From positions 1 through 63,493 of the forward strand of contig CAZLOE010000005.1 of NCBI GenBank assembly GCA_964561115.1: a stretch of 63,493 nt of DNA. The letters are read 5' to 3'. The notes under the pieces were generated by a model, which saw only the letters and a program-made list of their open reading frames with translations, had not been told where the DNA came from and made no database searches. The position numbers and the translations under genes are program-made. Positions 1-9,855 of this stretch are shown in pieces. The DNA is from an uncultured Actinomycetota bacterium. Lineage in GTDB: Bacteria > Actinomycetota > Humimicrobiia > Humimicrobiales > Humimicrobiaceae. How positions within the stretch are numbered: position 1 is the stretch's first letter; the number at the start of each line of letters is the position of its first letter.

Positions 1-166
1 AGGTTTGTAGCAGACAAAATTAAAAAGTTGTATATTTTGTCTGCATATCTTTAAAGCTTAAAAAGATCAGTAAATACATACTGATGAAACTCTGAAAACC
101 TTAGCCCGTCTATTACGAAAATGATATTTGTTGGAAAATAGTATTAATAAGAGAAAGGAAATCATA

Positions 167-337
167 ATGGGAAGTAAAGTAACATTAATAATTATAGGTC
201 TGCTAGTACTGGCAATGGGTGTTCTGGGAGCTATCCCTGCTGTGGCTATGATTAGTATTGAACCACTCTGGATTGCTTTTGCCAGTATAGCCATAGGAGT
301 TATATCGATACTTGTTGGTATAGTAGCTAAGAAATAA
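167..337 (+). CDS. Small two-helix membrane protein (56 aa), unknown function
   Basis: ATG at 167 follows a GAAAGGA SD (preferred over the TTG at 128); product is two hydrophobic helices ending in KK. Confidence 0.6.
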   Translation: MGSKVTLIIIGLLVLAMGVLGAIPAVAMISIEPLWIAFASIAIGVISILVGIVAKK

Positions 338-387
338 AATATAGAAGATTATTTTTTAATTTATAAAAGTTTTTTGCTTATAGAGAC

Positions 388-414
388 AAAGCCCCAAGGC
401 TATTTTGGGGCTTT
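388..414. terminator. Bidirectional hairpin terminator between convergent genes
   Basis: AAAGCCCCAA-ggctatt-TTGGGGCTTT, a perfect 10-bp stem overlapping the GH1 stop codon. Confidence 0.6.
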
Positions 415-1647
415 ATATTTGATCAGCTTGTGCAGGTTTGAGATCCTGTGGTAATATTCACCCGACTTCTTTATCTCTCTTTTTAAATCAGGGGAATCAA
501 AATCTACCGAGACAAGTCCAAATCTTCTCGACGGGCCGTATGATAGCTCATAATTATCAAAAGTAGACCAGTGAAAGTATCCTGCGACATCAATACCCTC
601 GTCAAGAGCTTTCTTTATATAATATAAGTGGTTATAAATATTTTCTATTCTTATTCTATCATCATTGGTACAGGTCCCATTTTCTGTGATGATTATAGGT
701 TTTTTATATTTTTTATAAAATCTTTTGATCAGATAATAGATACCTGCAGGATAATTTTCCCACATATCGTCATGTTCTAAACCTAACTTATCCAGGACTT
801 TCCTGCCCTTTTCTTCATATGCAGTAACCGGAAATCCTGAAATCAGTATCCTTCCGTAATAACTAAAACCTATATAATCCACTTTTCCATCCTGGGTAAA
901 CATCTCATGTACATGCTCAAACATATAATAGTCCAGGAACCATTTTAAAAATTTTTGCCATATGTTCTTTTCCCTTAGGGGTTGAGTGTACATACAGGCA
1001 TGAGAAATACCAACTTTTATATGCGGGTAATGTTCTTTTATATAATCATATGCCATGCTGTGTGCCCTTTTCATATTGGATAAGACTCTTCTTCTTAAGA
1101 ACGGGTTGAATCTTCTGGGGGGAAATTCTTTCATTATATACGCCATGATGGCGTATCCATTCGGCTCGTTAAAGGTGTTGATGTAATCGATGTAGTACGA
1201 GTACGCTTTTAAGATTTTTCTTAGGTAATCAAAATAAATTTCGACGGACTTTCTATTGGTCCAGCCGCCTTTTTCTGCCAGCCATAATGGATTTGAAAAA
1301 TGATTTATAACCAGCATGATCTTTTTATCATTTTGCCTCAAGGTTTTAAATATCTCCATATAATGTGAGACAGCTTTATGGTCCAGAGGGCTATAGGCAC
1401 TCTTTTGCAATTTTGACCAGTCCATGCTGAACCTGTAAGCATTACCCAGATATAATATATACTTAAGATCCTGCTTAAACTTGCGGTAATGGTCAATGGC
1501 TTTGTCCAGCCTGGTCCCGTCTGCACCGATGAAACCTTTCCATTCAGTATTGCCGGCTCCTTCTATCTGGAAGGCCGATGTTGACGAACCAAACATAAAA
1601 GTTTTTGGAAAATCTAATGAACCTTTTGGTGAATCCTTGTTGCTCAA
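400..1647 (-). CDS. Glycoside hydrolase family 1 beta-glycosidase
   Basis: FMFGSSTSAFQIEG N-terminal signature, TFNEP acid/base, ITENG nucleophile, WSTFDNYE; TTG start overlaps the nadC stop (TTGA). Confidence 0.9.
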   Translation of the reverse strand: MSNKDSPKGSLDFPKTFMFGSSTSAFQIEGAGNTEWKGFIGADGTRLDKAIDHYRKFKQDLKYILYLGNAYRFSMDWSKLQKSAYSPLDHKAVSHYMEIFKTLRQNDKKIMLVINHFSNPLWLAEKGGWTNRKSVEIYFDYLRKILKAYSYYIDYINTFNEPNGYAIMAYIMKEFPPRRFNPFLRRRVLSNMKRAHSMAYDYIKEHYPHIKVGISHACMYTQPLREKNIWQKFLKWFLDYYMFEHVHEMFTQDGKVDYIGFSYYGRILISGFPVTAYEEKGRKVLDKLGLEHDDMWENYPAGIYYLIKRFYKKYKKPIIITENGTCTNDDRIRIENIYNHLYYIKKALDEGIDVAGYFHWSTFDNYELSYGPSRRFGLVSVDFDSPDLKREIKKSGEYYHRISNLHKLIKYKAPK

Positions 1648-2516
1648 ATTTTCCTCTCAAATTCCAGTGAGAAATCAATGGCCGGTGCCGAATGAGTTAT
1701 AAGCCCTACAGATATCATATCAACACCTGTTTTACATATCTCTTCAAGATTTTCCAGATTGACCTTTCCTGAAGCTTCAATAAGGCAGGATCTGCCTTTG
1801 TTTTCTCTTATTTTACTGACTGACTTGCTCATCTGGCTGGTATCCATATTATCAAGCATTATAATATCCGCCGCGCCGGTTATTGCTTCATCAAGCTGAT
1901 AGAGATCTTTGACTTCCACTTCAATTTTTAAACCGCGGGGGATTTTTGTTCTGATTTTTTTTAGGGCATTCAATACCCCGCCGGCTGCAGCTATATGATT
2001 GTCTTTTATGATTATTCCGTCAAAAAGGCCGTATCTGTGATTACAGCCGCCGCCGCAGGTCACTGCATACTTTTCAATTTTTCTCAAGGTTGGTTTTGTT
2101 TTTCTGGTATCAAAAATTCTGACTTTATAGGGTTTGGCGATTTTAACAAATCTGCTGGTAAGAGTAGCAATGCCCGACATATGCTGTACAAAATTAAGGC
2201 AGGTTCTTTCAGCTTTTAAAATCGATAGGGTGGGACCTGAAATATTACAGATCTTATCCATATATTTAAGACTGTCCCCGTCACTTCTTAATTTTTCAAT
2301 ATTTATACTGCTGTCTATTTCCTCCAGCACAAAACCTGCTACATCCAGGCCGCTCAACACCGCACCGTCTGTTTCCTTACATATTATATAGGAAGATATT
2401 CTTTCGTCCGGCGGGATAAGGTTATCGGAGGTCAGATCTCCAGAACTGCCCAGATCTTCTAAAACGGCTTTTCTTATAATATCTTTTACTTCGTTTTTTG
2501 AGAGTTTATTTGCCAT
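1644..2516 (-). CDS. nadC: Nicotinate-nucleotide diphosphorylase (quinolinate phosphoribosyltransferase)
   Basis: DTRKT, HRYGLFDGIIIKDNH, EVE, IMLDN, EASG motifs; operon with nadA and nadB. Confidence 0.97.
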   Translation of the reverse strand: MANKLSKNEVKDIIRKAVLEDLGSSGDLTSDNLIPPDERISSYIICKETDGAVLSGLDVAGFVLEEIDSSINIEKLRSDGDSLKYMDKICNISGPTLSILKAERTCLNFVQHMSGIATLTSRFVKIAKPYKVRIFDTRKTKPTLRKIEKYAVTCGGGCNHRYGLFDGIIIKDNHIAAAGGVLNALKKIRTKIPRGLKIEVEVKDLYQLDEAITGAADIIMLDNMDTSQMSKSVSKIRENKGRSCLIEASGKVNLENLEEICKTGVDMISVGLITHSAPAIDFSLEFERKI

Positions 2517-2527
2517 GTTTGATTATG

Positions 2528-4192
2528 CTAAGACTTCACATTTTTAAAATATACTTTATCCTGTTTCAGTATTATATGTTTTTTCCAGTTTTTATCATCT
2601 TTCTCCGGAAAGTCGTTTCTCTGATGTGTTCCCCTGCTTTCTTCTCTAAGGCTTGCAGCCTTTATTATAAGGCCGGCCACGACAAGCATATTGGCAAACT
2701 CCAGCACGTCCTTATCCGTTGTGTTATAAATATCATCACTACTCGCGTGCAGATCGACAAATTCTTTTGCTTTCTTTAAGCTATCTGCGTCTCTCAAAAT
2801 ACCTACTTTTCTGGTCATAATATCTCTAAAATCAGAGATCTGGTTTAAGATATCTTGCTTTTTACAGCTTGACTTGCTTACTTTACTTTTTTTTGTATCA
2901 GCCTCTCTTAAGAGGTTGTTTATCAACTGGATGGTCTTGATTTCTACACTTTTATTTTTTTGTATCAGTTTTTTTTCTATGTCCCTGTAGATTTTCCATC
3001 CATACACCAGACCCTCAATAAGAGAGTTGCTTGCCAGCCTGTTTGCTCCGTGTGCACCGGTTGAAGCCGCCTCACCACAGCAGTACAGGCCCTCTATGTT
3101 TGTCTTTCCATTATAGTCTGTTTTGATACCACCATTTAGATAATGCTGGGCCGGGGAGACCTTGATCAAATCTTTTTTAAGATCGAGGCCGTTTTCCTTT
3201 AGTTTTGAGATTATATTAGGAAAACGTATTTTAAGGTGACTTTCGGGAATGTGCCTGGCATCCAGATAAACATAATCACAATTACTTTTATCCATCACCC
3301 TTATCATTTCCTTGACCACTATATCTCTAGGGGCCAGTTCTGCCTTGGGATATTTTCCGACCATAAACCTATTTCCACGGCAGTCCTTAAGATAAGCGCC
3401 TTCACCTCTTAAGGCTTCACTTATCAGAAATAATTTTGATTCTTTTGTCTTAAATACCGTAGGATGAAACTGGATAAATTCTATGTCACTGACAGCAGCT
3501 CCCGCTCTGTATGCCATGGCAATACCGTCTCCAGTTGATATGGGAGGATTAGTGGAAATATAATATATCTGTCCGATACCGCCGCTGGCGATTACAATAT
3601 TCGCAGCAGGGCGTATTTCAAGGTCTCCGGTATTTATATCCATCCCTAAGATCCCTATACATCTATTGTCGCTCACCAGTATATCCAGTACAAAATACTC
3701 CGGAAGGAAATTTATATATTTCTGGCTTTTGGAGTAAGAGACCAGTTTTTTTTCCAGTTCCTCTCCGGTAGCGTCCCCTCCGGCATGAAGGATTCTCGGA
3801 TAACTGTGCCCACCTTCTGTAGTAAGACTTATCTCACCTTCGGAGATATCAAAATTAGTGCCTATTTCTATCAAGTCTTCTATCATCTTCGGGGCATTCT
3901 TTACTAATATTTCCACTGCTTTCTTATCACAGAGACCCTGCCCTGCCGCAATGGTGTCTTCATAATGGTTTTTCCAGAAATCAGGCTTCTTTATAGCTGC
4001 AGCAATACCGCCCTGAGCATACCAGGTCGTTGAATCGGCAAGAGAACTTTTAGTAAGCACTTTAATATTGTTATTTTGAGCCAGCCTCATGGCAGTAGAA
4101 AGACCTGCTATTCCGCTGCCGATAATTATACAATCGCAGTATTTATGGATTTTTTTAAAAAATGGTAGACTTATTAAATATCTTGGTAACAT
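2528..4192 (-). CDS. nadB: L-aspartate oxidase
   Basis: GSGIAG FAD motif, AQGGIAA, EGGHS, QFHPT, SEALRGEG, HGANRLASNSL, ESRG. Confidence 0.96.
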   Translation of the reverse strand: MLPRYLISLPFFKKIHKYCDCIIIGSGIAGLSTAMRLAQNNNIKVLTKSSLADSTTWYAQGGIAAAIKKPDFWKNHYEDTIAAGQGLCDKKAVEILVKNAPKMIEDLIEIGTNFDISEGEISLTTEGGHSYPRILHAGGDATGEELEKKLVSYSKSQKYINFLPEYFVLDILVSDNRCIGILGMDINTGDLEIRPAANIVIASGGIGQIYYISTNPPISTGDGIAMAYRAGAAVSDIEFIQFHPTVFKTKESKLFLISEALRGEGAYLKDCRGNRFMVGKYPKAELAPRDIVVKEMIRVMDKSNCDYVYLDARHIPESHLKIRFPNIISKLKENGLDLKKDLIKVSPAQHYLNGGIKTDYNGKTNIEGLYCCGEAASTGAHGANRLASNSLIEGLVYGWKIYRDIEKKLIQKNKSVEIKTIQLINNLLREADTKKSKVSKSSCKKQDILNQISDFRDIMTRKVGILRDADSLKKAKEFVDLHASSDDIYNTTDKDVLEFANMLVVAGLIIKAASLREESRGTHQRNDFPEKDDKNWKKHIILKQDKVYFKNVKS

Positions 4193-4195
4193 AAT

Positions 4196-5110
4196 TTATT
4201 TAATAGCTATCATCCTGTCGATAGCTGATTTGGCTTTCCGTATGATTTCTTCCGGAATGTCTATTTCATATCTCTCCTCTTCCAGTGACCAGAGGATTTT
4301 TTCCAGGTTTATAAGTTTCATATCCGGGCATATTGCTTTGCCGGTTGCAGCGTAAAAGGTTTTATCGGGATTTTCTTTTTTTAATCTGTGTATTATTCCT
4401 ATCTCTGTCCCGATGATAAATTTATTTTTCCTGCTGTTTTTTACATATTTTATCATTCCTTCGGTAGAAGCTACCTTGTCTGCAATGTTTATTACTTCCG
4501 GAGTGCATTCCGGGTGTACTATGACAGCAGCATCCAGATTATCCTTTTTAAGCTTTATAATATCCTTGACGTTGATCATAATATGCGTGGGACAATAACC
4601 ATTCCATAATATTAGTTTTTTGTTGGTCTGCTTTTGAACGTAGCCCCCCAGGTATTTATCCGGTATGAATATTATTTTTTTATTTTTAGGGATAGATTTT
4701 ACTACATTTACTGCGTTTGAGGATGTGCAGCATATGTCGCTCTCTGCTTTTACTTCAGCGGAGGAGTTTACATAGCATACTACCAATGCACCGGGATTTT
4801 CATTTTTTAACTTTTTAAGCTGTGATGCGTTTATCATATCAGCCATCGGACAGCCGCTGTTCTTATCTGGTAGCAGGACTTTCCTGTCGGGAGATATTAT
4901 TTTGGCAGTCTCGGCCATGAAATGTACCCCGCAAAATATTATTATCTTATGTTTTGTCTTTGATGCTTCTATGCTTAACTGTAAAGAATCACCTACAGAG
5001 TCTGCAATATCCTGCACTTCTCCTATCTGGTAATTGTGGGCTAATATAACAGCATCTTTTTCTTTTTTTAATTTTATTATCCTGTCTATAAGATCTAAAT
5101 TTGAATTCAT
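4196..5110 (-). CDS. nadA: Quinolinate synthase
   Basis: ILAHNYQ, FCGVHFMAE, GCPMA, YVNSSAEVKA, HPEC, C-terminal Cys (ICPDM). Confidence 0.97.
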   Translation of the reverse strand: MNSNLDLIDRIIKLKKEKDAVILAHNYQIGEVQDIADSVGDSLQLSIEASKTKHKIIIFCGVHFMAETAKIISPDRKVLLPDKNSGCPMADMINASQLKKLKNENPGALVVCYVNSSAEVKAESDICCTSSNAVNVVKSIPKNKKIIFIPDKYLGGYVQKQTNKKLILWNGYCPTHIMINVKDIIKLKKDNLDAAVIVHPECTPEVINIADKVASTEGMIKYVKNSRKNKFIIGTEIGIIHRLKKENPDKTFYAATGKAICPDMKLINLEKILWSLEEERYEIDIPEEIIRKAKSAIDRMIAIK

Positions 5111-5331
5111 TTCTTCTCTTTTTGTAGCTGAGATGTTTTTGTTATTTTAAAACAACATCAATAAAATTGAAATAAGTACTTTAATATCCCGGAATGTGTG
5201 AGAATATAAAACTGCGGTCATTTTTTAGATTTAAAAGATTTATTTATTTCTGTTTTAATGTTATTATTTCAAATTCTGATAAAATAAATTAAAATTTACA
5301 AAACTTTTATCACCCCGGCGGGAGTATTTTT

Positions 5332-7404
5332 TTGAGACTTATAATAAGCGAAAAGGAAATAGCAGCCAGAAGGATCGCCGAGATCTTATCCGGTAATGGT
5401 GTAGTGCAGGAGAAGGTATATGGAATACCGGTATATCAATTCAAGTTTAATAGTGAGGACTGCAAAGCCATAGGACTTAAAGGCCATATATTAAAAGTGG
5501 ACTACCCAAAAGAGTATGCAAACTGGTTTAAAGTAGATCCGGTAGAACTTATCGATGCAAAAATAGAGAAGATCCCTATTCAGAAGAAGATAATACAGGC
5601 ACTTATCAAGGTATCCAGTGAAGCAGATGAGATCATAATAGCCACGGATTATGATAGAGAAGGCGAACTTATTGGTTACGATGCCATGCAGGTGATCAAA
5701 GAAAAAAATTCTTTTATTGATGCAAAAAGAGTGAAGTTTTCTGCAATAACTCCTAAAGATATAAACCAGGCATTTTTAAAATTGGGGAAAATCGATTCTG
5801 AACTTGCTTTTGCAGGAAGGGCAAGACAGGATATCGATCTGATCTGGGGCGCAACGCTTACCCGTTTTATATCACTTGCTACTTTTCAGATAAAGGACAA
5901 ATTTCTATCGGTAGGCAGGGTACAGACACCTACTCTTGCTCTTATAGTTGAAAGAGAGTCAGAAATAAGATCATTTGTGCCCGTTCCTTACTGGGTGGTA
6001 GGTGTAAAGCTTAAAACAGAATCAGGGGAAGAATTTGAGGCTGTTCATAAAAAGAAAAGATTTTTAAAAAAGGAAGATGCCCAGACTGTTTATGGTAGAA
6101 TCGGTGACAGGGGGACGGTGATGGAGGTAAAGGAGAATATCAGCGATATAAAGCCTCCGACACCATTCAACACCACTGCTCTTATAATAAGTGGAAGTTC
6201 CATGGGGTTCACCGCGCCAAAGACCATAAGCATTGCCGAGAATCTGTATATGAATGGTTATATAAGCTATCCCAGAACCGATAATACGGTTTATCCTTCT
6301 TCAATAGATATAAAGGAAATTGTCAGGATGCTTGGCAGCTGTAGTGAATACAGTCAGATGTCTGAAGCAGTTCTTGCCCAGAAAAATATAGTGGCCAGCA
6401 GGGGCAGTAAGAGGTCAACAGATCATCCGCCGATATATCCTACTTCAGTGGCGGGAAAGACCAGTCTGAGCGGTGATGAATGGAAGCTGTATGATCTGAT
6501 TGTAAGAAGGTTTATATGCACCCTTTTGCCGCCGGCAAGAAATAAAAATGTCACTGCATCTATTGATATAAATGGCGAGATATTTAACGCCAGCGGCTCT
6601 AAGATCATAGAAGAAAGCTGGACAAGATTTTACCCCTACTACAAACGTAAAGATGTTTTTATTCCCGAGCTTAGAAAAATGCAGGTGCTTGCTGTAGTGG
6701 ACAGGGAACTATTGGAAAAAGAAACCAAACCGCCGGCAAGATATACTCAGGGAAAGCTGGTTGAAAAAATGGAGGAGCTGGGCCTGGGTACCAAGGCTAC
6801 CCGCCACACGATCATTCAAAGCCTGATTCAAAGGGGATATGTGGGGGGAAATCCTCTTCAGCCTTCCGAGAAAGCTGTTGCTGTAGTGAAAATGTTAAAA
6901 AAGCATGCTGAGAAAATATCATCCCCTGAGATGACCTCGGAATTAGAGATGTATATGGATGGGATTGTAAGTGGAGACGAGACCAAAGAGGATGTTGTGG
7001 ACAGATCGAGAAATATGCTGAGGGATATTATGGTTGTTCTCAAAAAAGAAAAGGATGAAATATCACAGGAGATCAAAAAGGGGATCAAAGAAGATCTTAT
7101 AGTAGGTAAATGCCCGGCTGAAAATTGCGATGGGGAACTGATAGTCAGGATTGCCAGAAAAACTAAAAAGAGATTTATAGGCTGTAATGCTTATCCTGAA
7201 TGCAAGACCACATTTTCACTTCCCCAGAAGGGCTTACTTGTAACAACCAGAGAAAAGTGCAAGCACTGTGGATACCCTATAGTAAAGATTATAAAAAAAG
7301 GCAGAAAGCCCTGGAATCTATGTATAAATCAGGATTGTCCCGGAAAAGATGAAAAGTATAGAAATTACAACTATAACAAAGGAAGTAAGGAAGCTTCTGA
7401 TTGA
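5332..7404 (+). CDS. topA: DNA topoisomerase I (type IA) with C-terminal Zn ribbons, archaeal-like
   Basis: TOPRIM ISEK...ATDYDREGE, SVGRVQTPTL, catalytic GYISYPRTD, GLGTKATR, Cys-rich C-terminus. Confidence 0.93.
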   Translation: MRLIISEKEIAARRIAEILSGNGVVQEKVYGIPVYQFKFNSEDCKAIGLKGHILKVDYPKEYANWFKVDPVELIDAKIEKIPIQKKIIQALIKVSSEADEIIIATDYDREGELIGYDAMQVIKEKNSFIDAKRVKFSAITPKDINQAFLKLGKIDSELAFAGRARQDIDLIWGATLTRFISLATFQIKDKFLSVGRVQTPTLALIVERESEIRSFVPVPYWVVGVKLKTESGEEFEAVHKKKRFLKKEDAQTVYGRIGDRGTVMEVKENISDIKPPTPFNTTALIISGSSMGFTAPKTISIAENLYMNGYISYPRTDNTVYPSSIDIKEIVRMLGSCSEYSQMSEAVLAQKNIVASRGSKRSTDHPPIYPTSVAGKTSLSGDEWKLYDLIVRRFICTLLPPARNKNVTASIDINGEIFNASGSKIIEESWTRFYPYYKRKDVFIPELRKMQVLAVVDRELLEKETKPPARYTQGKLVEKMEELGLGTKATRHTIIQSLIQRGYVGGNPLQPSEKAVAVVKMLKKHAEKISSPEMTSELEMYMDGIVSGDETKEDVVDRSRNMLRDIMVVLKKEKDEISQEIKKGIKEDLIVGKCPAENCDGELIVRIARKTKKRFIGCNAYPECKTTFSLPQKGLLVTTREKCKHCGYPIVKIIKKGRKPWNLCINQDCPGKDEKYRNYNYNKGSKEASD

Positions 7405-8206
7405 AGCAAGTTTTAATCTTCCTGATGATATAAAAAGTGCATTAAAAGCAGCTGCCTCAAGAGAGACGAGCCCCAGAGCTAAAAAAATTCTCGACCTTAT
7501 CCTGGAGAATGCAGAAATTGCTGCAAAGCAAAAACTACCCTTATGCCAGGATTGCGGATCAGTCTATGTTGATATTGATATCGGTCCCGGTATCTGTATT
7601 GAGGATAGTGGTGATTTAAATACCCGGTTGAATCAGGCAGTGGCAGATACCTACAGCAAAAATTATCTTAGAAAATCAATAGTAAGTGACCCGCTGTATG
7701 AAAGAAAAAATACTTCCGATAACACTCCTGCAATAGTAAGTACCGGTTTTACCTCTGTTCCCGGTCTTCACATAAAAATCTATCTGAAGGGGGGAGGCAG
7801 CGAGAATTGTTCTTATCTCTATATGTTGAATCCATCGGCAGAAGAAGCTGAAATAATCGATCTTATTTTAAAAGTAGTCAAGAATAACGTCACCAAATGC
7901 TGTCCTCCAGTAATAATCGGCATAGGTCTCGGCGGAGGAGCCTCGGAAGTGACCGGTCTGGCAAGAAAAGCCAGTTTTAGAAATCTAAATATAAGAAATC
8001 AAGATAAGGCATACAGAACGCTGGAGAATAAGATACTAAAGGCAGTAAACAAGACGGGAATAGGACCGCAGGGCTTAGGCGGTAAGACCACTGCTTTAGC
8101 CTGTAATATAATTTATGCTCCCTGCCATATAGCTACACTGCCCATGGCTGTTTTTATGGGCTGTCACTCCTTGAGAAGAGCCGAATCAAAAATATCACCG
8201 CCGTAA
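7349..8206 (+). CDS. Fe-S fumarate hydratase/tartrate dehydratase alpha subunit
   Basis: PLCQDCG, KGGGSEN, CCPP, GIGLGG, GIGPQGLGG, CHIATLP, CHSLR motifs. Confidence 0.92.
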   Translation: MKSIEITTITKEVRKLLIEASFNLPDDIKSALKAAASRETSPRAKKILDLILENAEIAAKQKLPLCQDCGSVYVDIDIGPGICIEDSGDLNTRLNQAVADTYSKNYLRKSIVSDPLYERKNTSDNTPAIVSTGFTSVPGLHIKIYLKGGGSENCSYLYMLNPSAEEAEIIDLILKVVKNNVTKCCPPVIIGIGLGGGASEVTGLARKASFRNLNIRNQDKAYRTLENKILKAVNKTGIGPQGLGGKTTALACNIIYAPCHIATLPMAVFMGCHSLRRAESKISPP

Positions 8207-8715
8207 ATATCATAAGCCACAAACAGGGGAAAATCCTTTACCTTTATTTCATAGATAGCTTCGGCACCTAAGTCACTGTAAGCAGCGGTTTTGATCTCTT
8301 TTACTTTTGTGGAAAGATATGCGGAAATACCTCCTATGGATATCAGATAGACCGATCTGTATTTTTTCAGAAGTTCTTTTATCCTTTCACTTCTTCTGCC
8401 TTTTCCTATCATGGCTCTAAGACCTTTTTTGAGCAGCGGCTTGGTCAGATCATCCATCCTGGCGCTTGTGGTGGGGCCGATACTGCCGCTTTTTTTACCG
8501 GGAGGGGTAGGTGACGGGCCGACATAAAATATGGTATTGTCTTTCAGCTCTATAGGTATGCTCCTTCCGTTTCTGATAGCATCGGTGATCCTCCTGTGGG
8601 CTGCATCTCTGGCTCCATAGATAGTGCCGCTTAAATAAACCATATCTCCTGCTTTAAGTTTCTTAATTTTTTCCTCTGTAAGGGGTGTAGATAACCTGTG
8701 GGTATTGGTGTCCAT
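8164..8715 (-). CDS. Fe-S fumarate hydratase/tartrate dehydratase beta subunit
   Basis: LSGTIYGARDAAH, GPTTSARMD, MIGKG, DLGAEA, DIYGGDIF motifs. Confidence 0.92.
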   Translation of the reverse strand: MDTNTHRLSTPLTEEKIKKLKAGDMVYLSGTIYGARDAAHRRITDAIRNGRSIPIELKDNTIFYVGPSPTPPGKKSGSIGPTTSARMDDLTKPLLKKGLRAMIGKGRRSERIKELLKKYRSVYLISIGGISAYLSTKVKEIKTAAYSDLGAEAIYEIKVKDFPLFVAYDIYGGDIFDSALLKE

Positions 8716-8726
8716 AATAAATGTTT

Positions 8727-9572
8727 TTAATCTTCCCAGTCTTCCGGGTCTTCAGTATTAAAATATCTGTCTTTCTTAAAATAATTGTCATAGGAGTACA
8801 GTGGTTTTCTGGGAGTCTCATCTCTTTTGCTCCTCCTGGAGCCAAAGATTATAATCAGGATTATAAAAATTATAAACAGGCCGATGATACCGAGGATAAC
8901 GATCAAAAAGTAGGTCAAAAGCTTTGTCTTTTTACCTTCTATATACATCATCTTTTCATCGCCATATTTTATATTCCAGATGATGATATTGTTATCACCT
9001 GTTATATCGCCATTGTGGTTTATTATTTTTACCGGAAATTTTACCTGGTAAGTTATATTTAATATATCACTGTCTGCTTTTACCAGGTCATTGATCCTAT
9101 TGTAGTCAGAATTTAAATCTGTGGAATCAAGAAGTATATCATCTATTTTCATATCTATATAATCTTCGAAGTAATAATCGTTATAGAAAAAATGTTTCCC
9201 TACTTCCATTTTTGCATTCAGGGGATATTCAGACAGGTTGTCTATTGAGATATGGGGTAAAAACCTGATGTCTTCAAATTCTATTGTAGAATTGAAATGG
9301 GTGTACTCTCCTTCCTTAAAGGTATTGTACTCACCTTCAGGGAGGTTTTCAAAGATTTTATCAAAAAGGGACTGGTCCTGACCAAGTACTACCTCACTTT
9401 TCTGTATATATTCCGTTTTTATTGCTACATCAATAGTCCTGGTTCCGGAATAATCGGAATTTATCTCGGTAAAGATGTCGATAAGTGTCTGGTCACAGGA
9501 AGAAACAAAAGGGATTAAAAATAAAAATATAACAAGAATTATTATAATTTTCAGGCAGTTTGAGTTTAACAT
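8727..9572 (-). CDS. Lipoprotein with C-terminal TM anchor (LppM/DUF3153-like)
   Basis: ATG at 9572 after AAAGGGA; signal peptide ending VSSC; NSDYSGT beta-domain start; C-terminal hydrophobic helix and acidic tail. Confidence 0.6.
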   Translation of the reverse strand: MLNSNCLKIIIILVIFLFLIPFVSSCDQTLIDIFTEINSDYSGTRTIDVAIKTEYIQKSEVVLGQDQSLFDKIFENLPEGEYNTFKEGEYTHFNSTIEFEDIRFLPHISIDNLSEYPLNAKMEVGKHFFYNDYYFEDYIDMKIDDILLDSTDLNSDYNRINDLVKADSDILNITYQVKFPVKIINHNGDITGDNNIIIWNIKYGDEKMMYIEGKKTKLLTYFLIVILGIIGLFIIFIILIIIFGSRRSKRDETPRKPLYSYDNYFKKDRYFNTEDPEDWED

Positions 9573-9810
9573 TTCCCTTTCATCATATTTGTAAATAATT
9601 CTAACATATTGAATATTAATATTGTAGAAGAAGTTGACGATCAATGGAATGCAGTCTGCCAAAAGCTTCCGGGTTTCTTTTGTTATAAATAAAAAATGAA
9701 ACTAAAATATGGTTGTTGACGTATATTATATAATGGACGTGTTAGCATATTGGGATCAGATGATTAAAAAGTGTTATTTAATGAGATATTGCTTTTTTAA
9801 GACTTCCTAT

Positions 9811-9819
9811 TGCTATAAT
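9811..9819 (+). promoter_or_regulatory. Extended -10 promoter for the activase-fusion gene
   Basis: TGcTATAAT 37 nt upstream of the GTG start at 9856. Confidence 0.5.
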
Positions 9820-9855
9820 ACCATAATTAATTTGGAAAGGATCAGTGGATAAGTA

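Noticed and set aside
1-54. Possible 3' end of an upstream CDS (RFVADKIKKLYILSAYL*)
   Set aside because: Too short to distinguish from chance at the window edge
388-414. TTGGGGCT here matches the right arm of the att-like sites
   Set aside because: It encodes the GH1 C-terminal A-P-K, forms a terminator hairpin and lacks the GGTTCGA arm; treated as coincidence
5111-5331. Riboswitch, T-box or NAD-regulator site upstream of nadA (also looked for before argS and lysA)
   Set aside because: No recognisable aptamer, T-box or convincing palindrome; the argS and lysA leaders are too short
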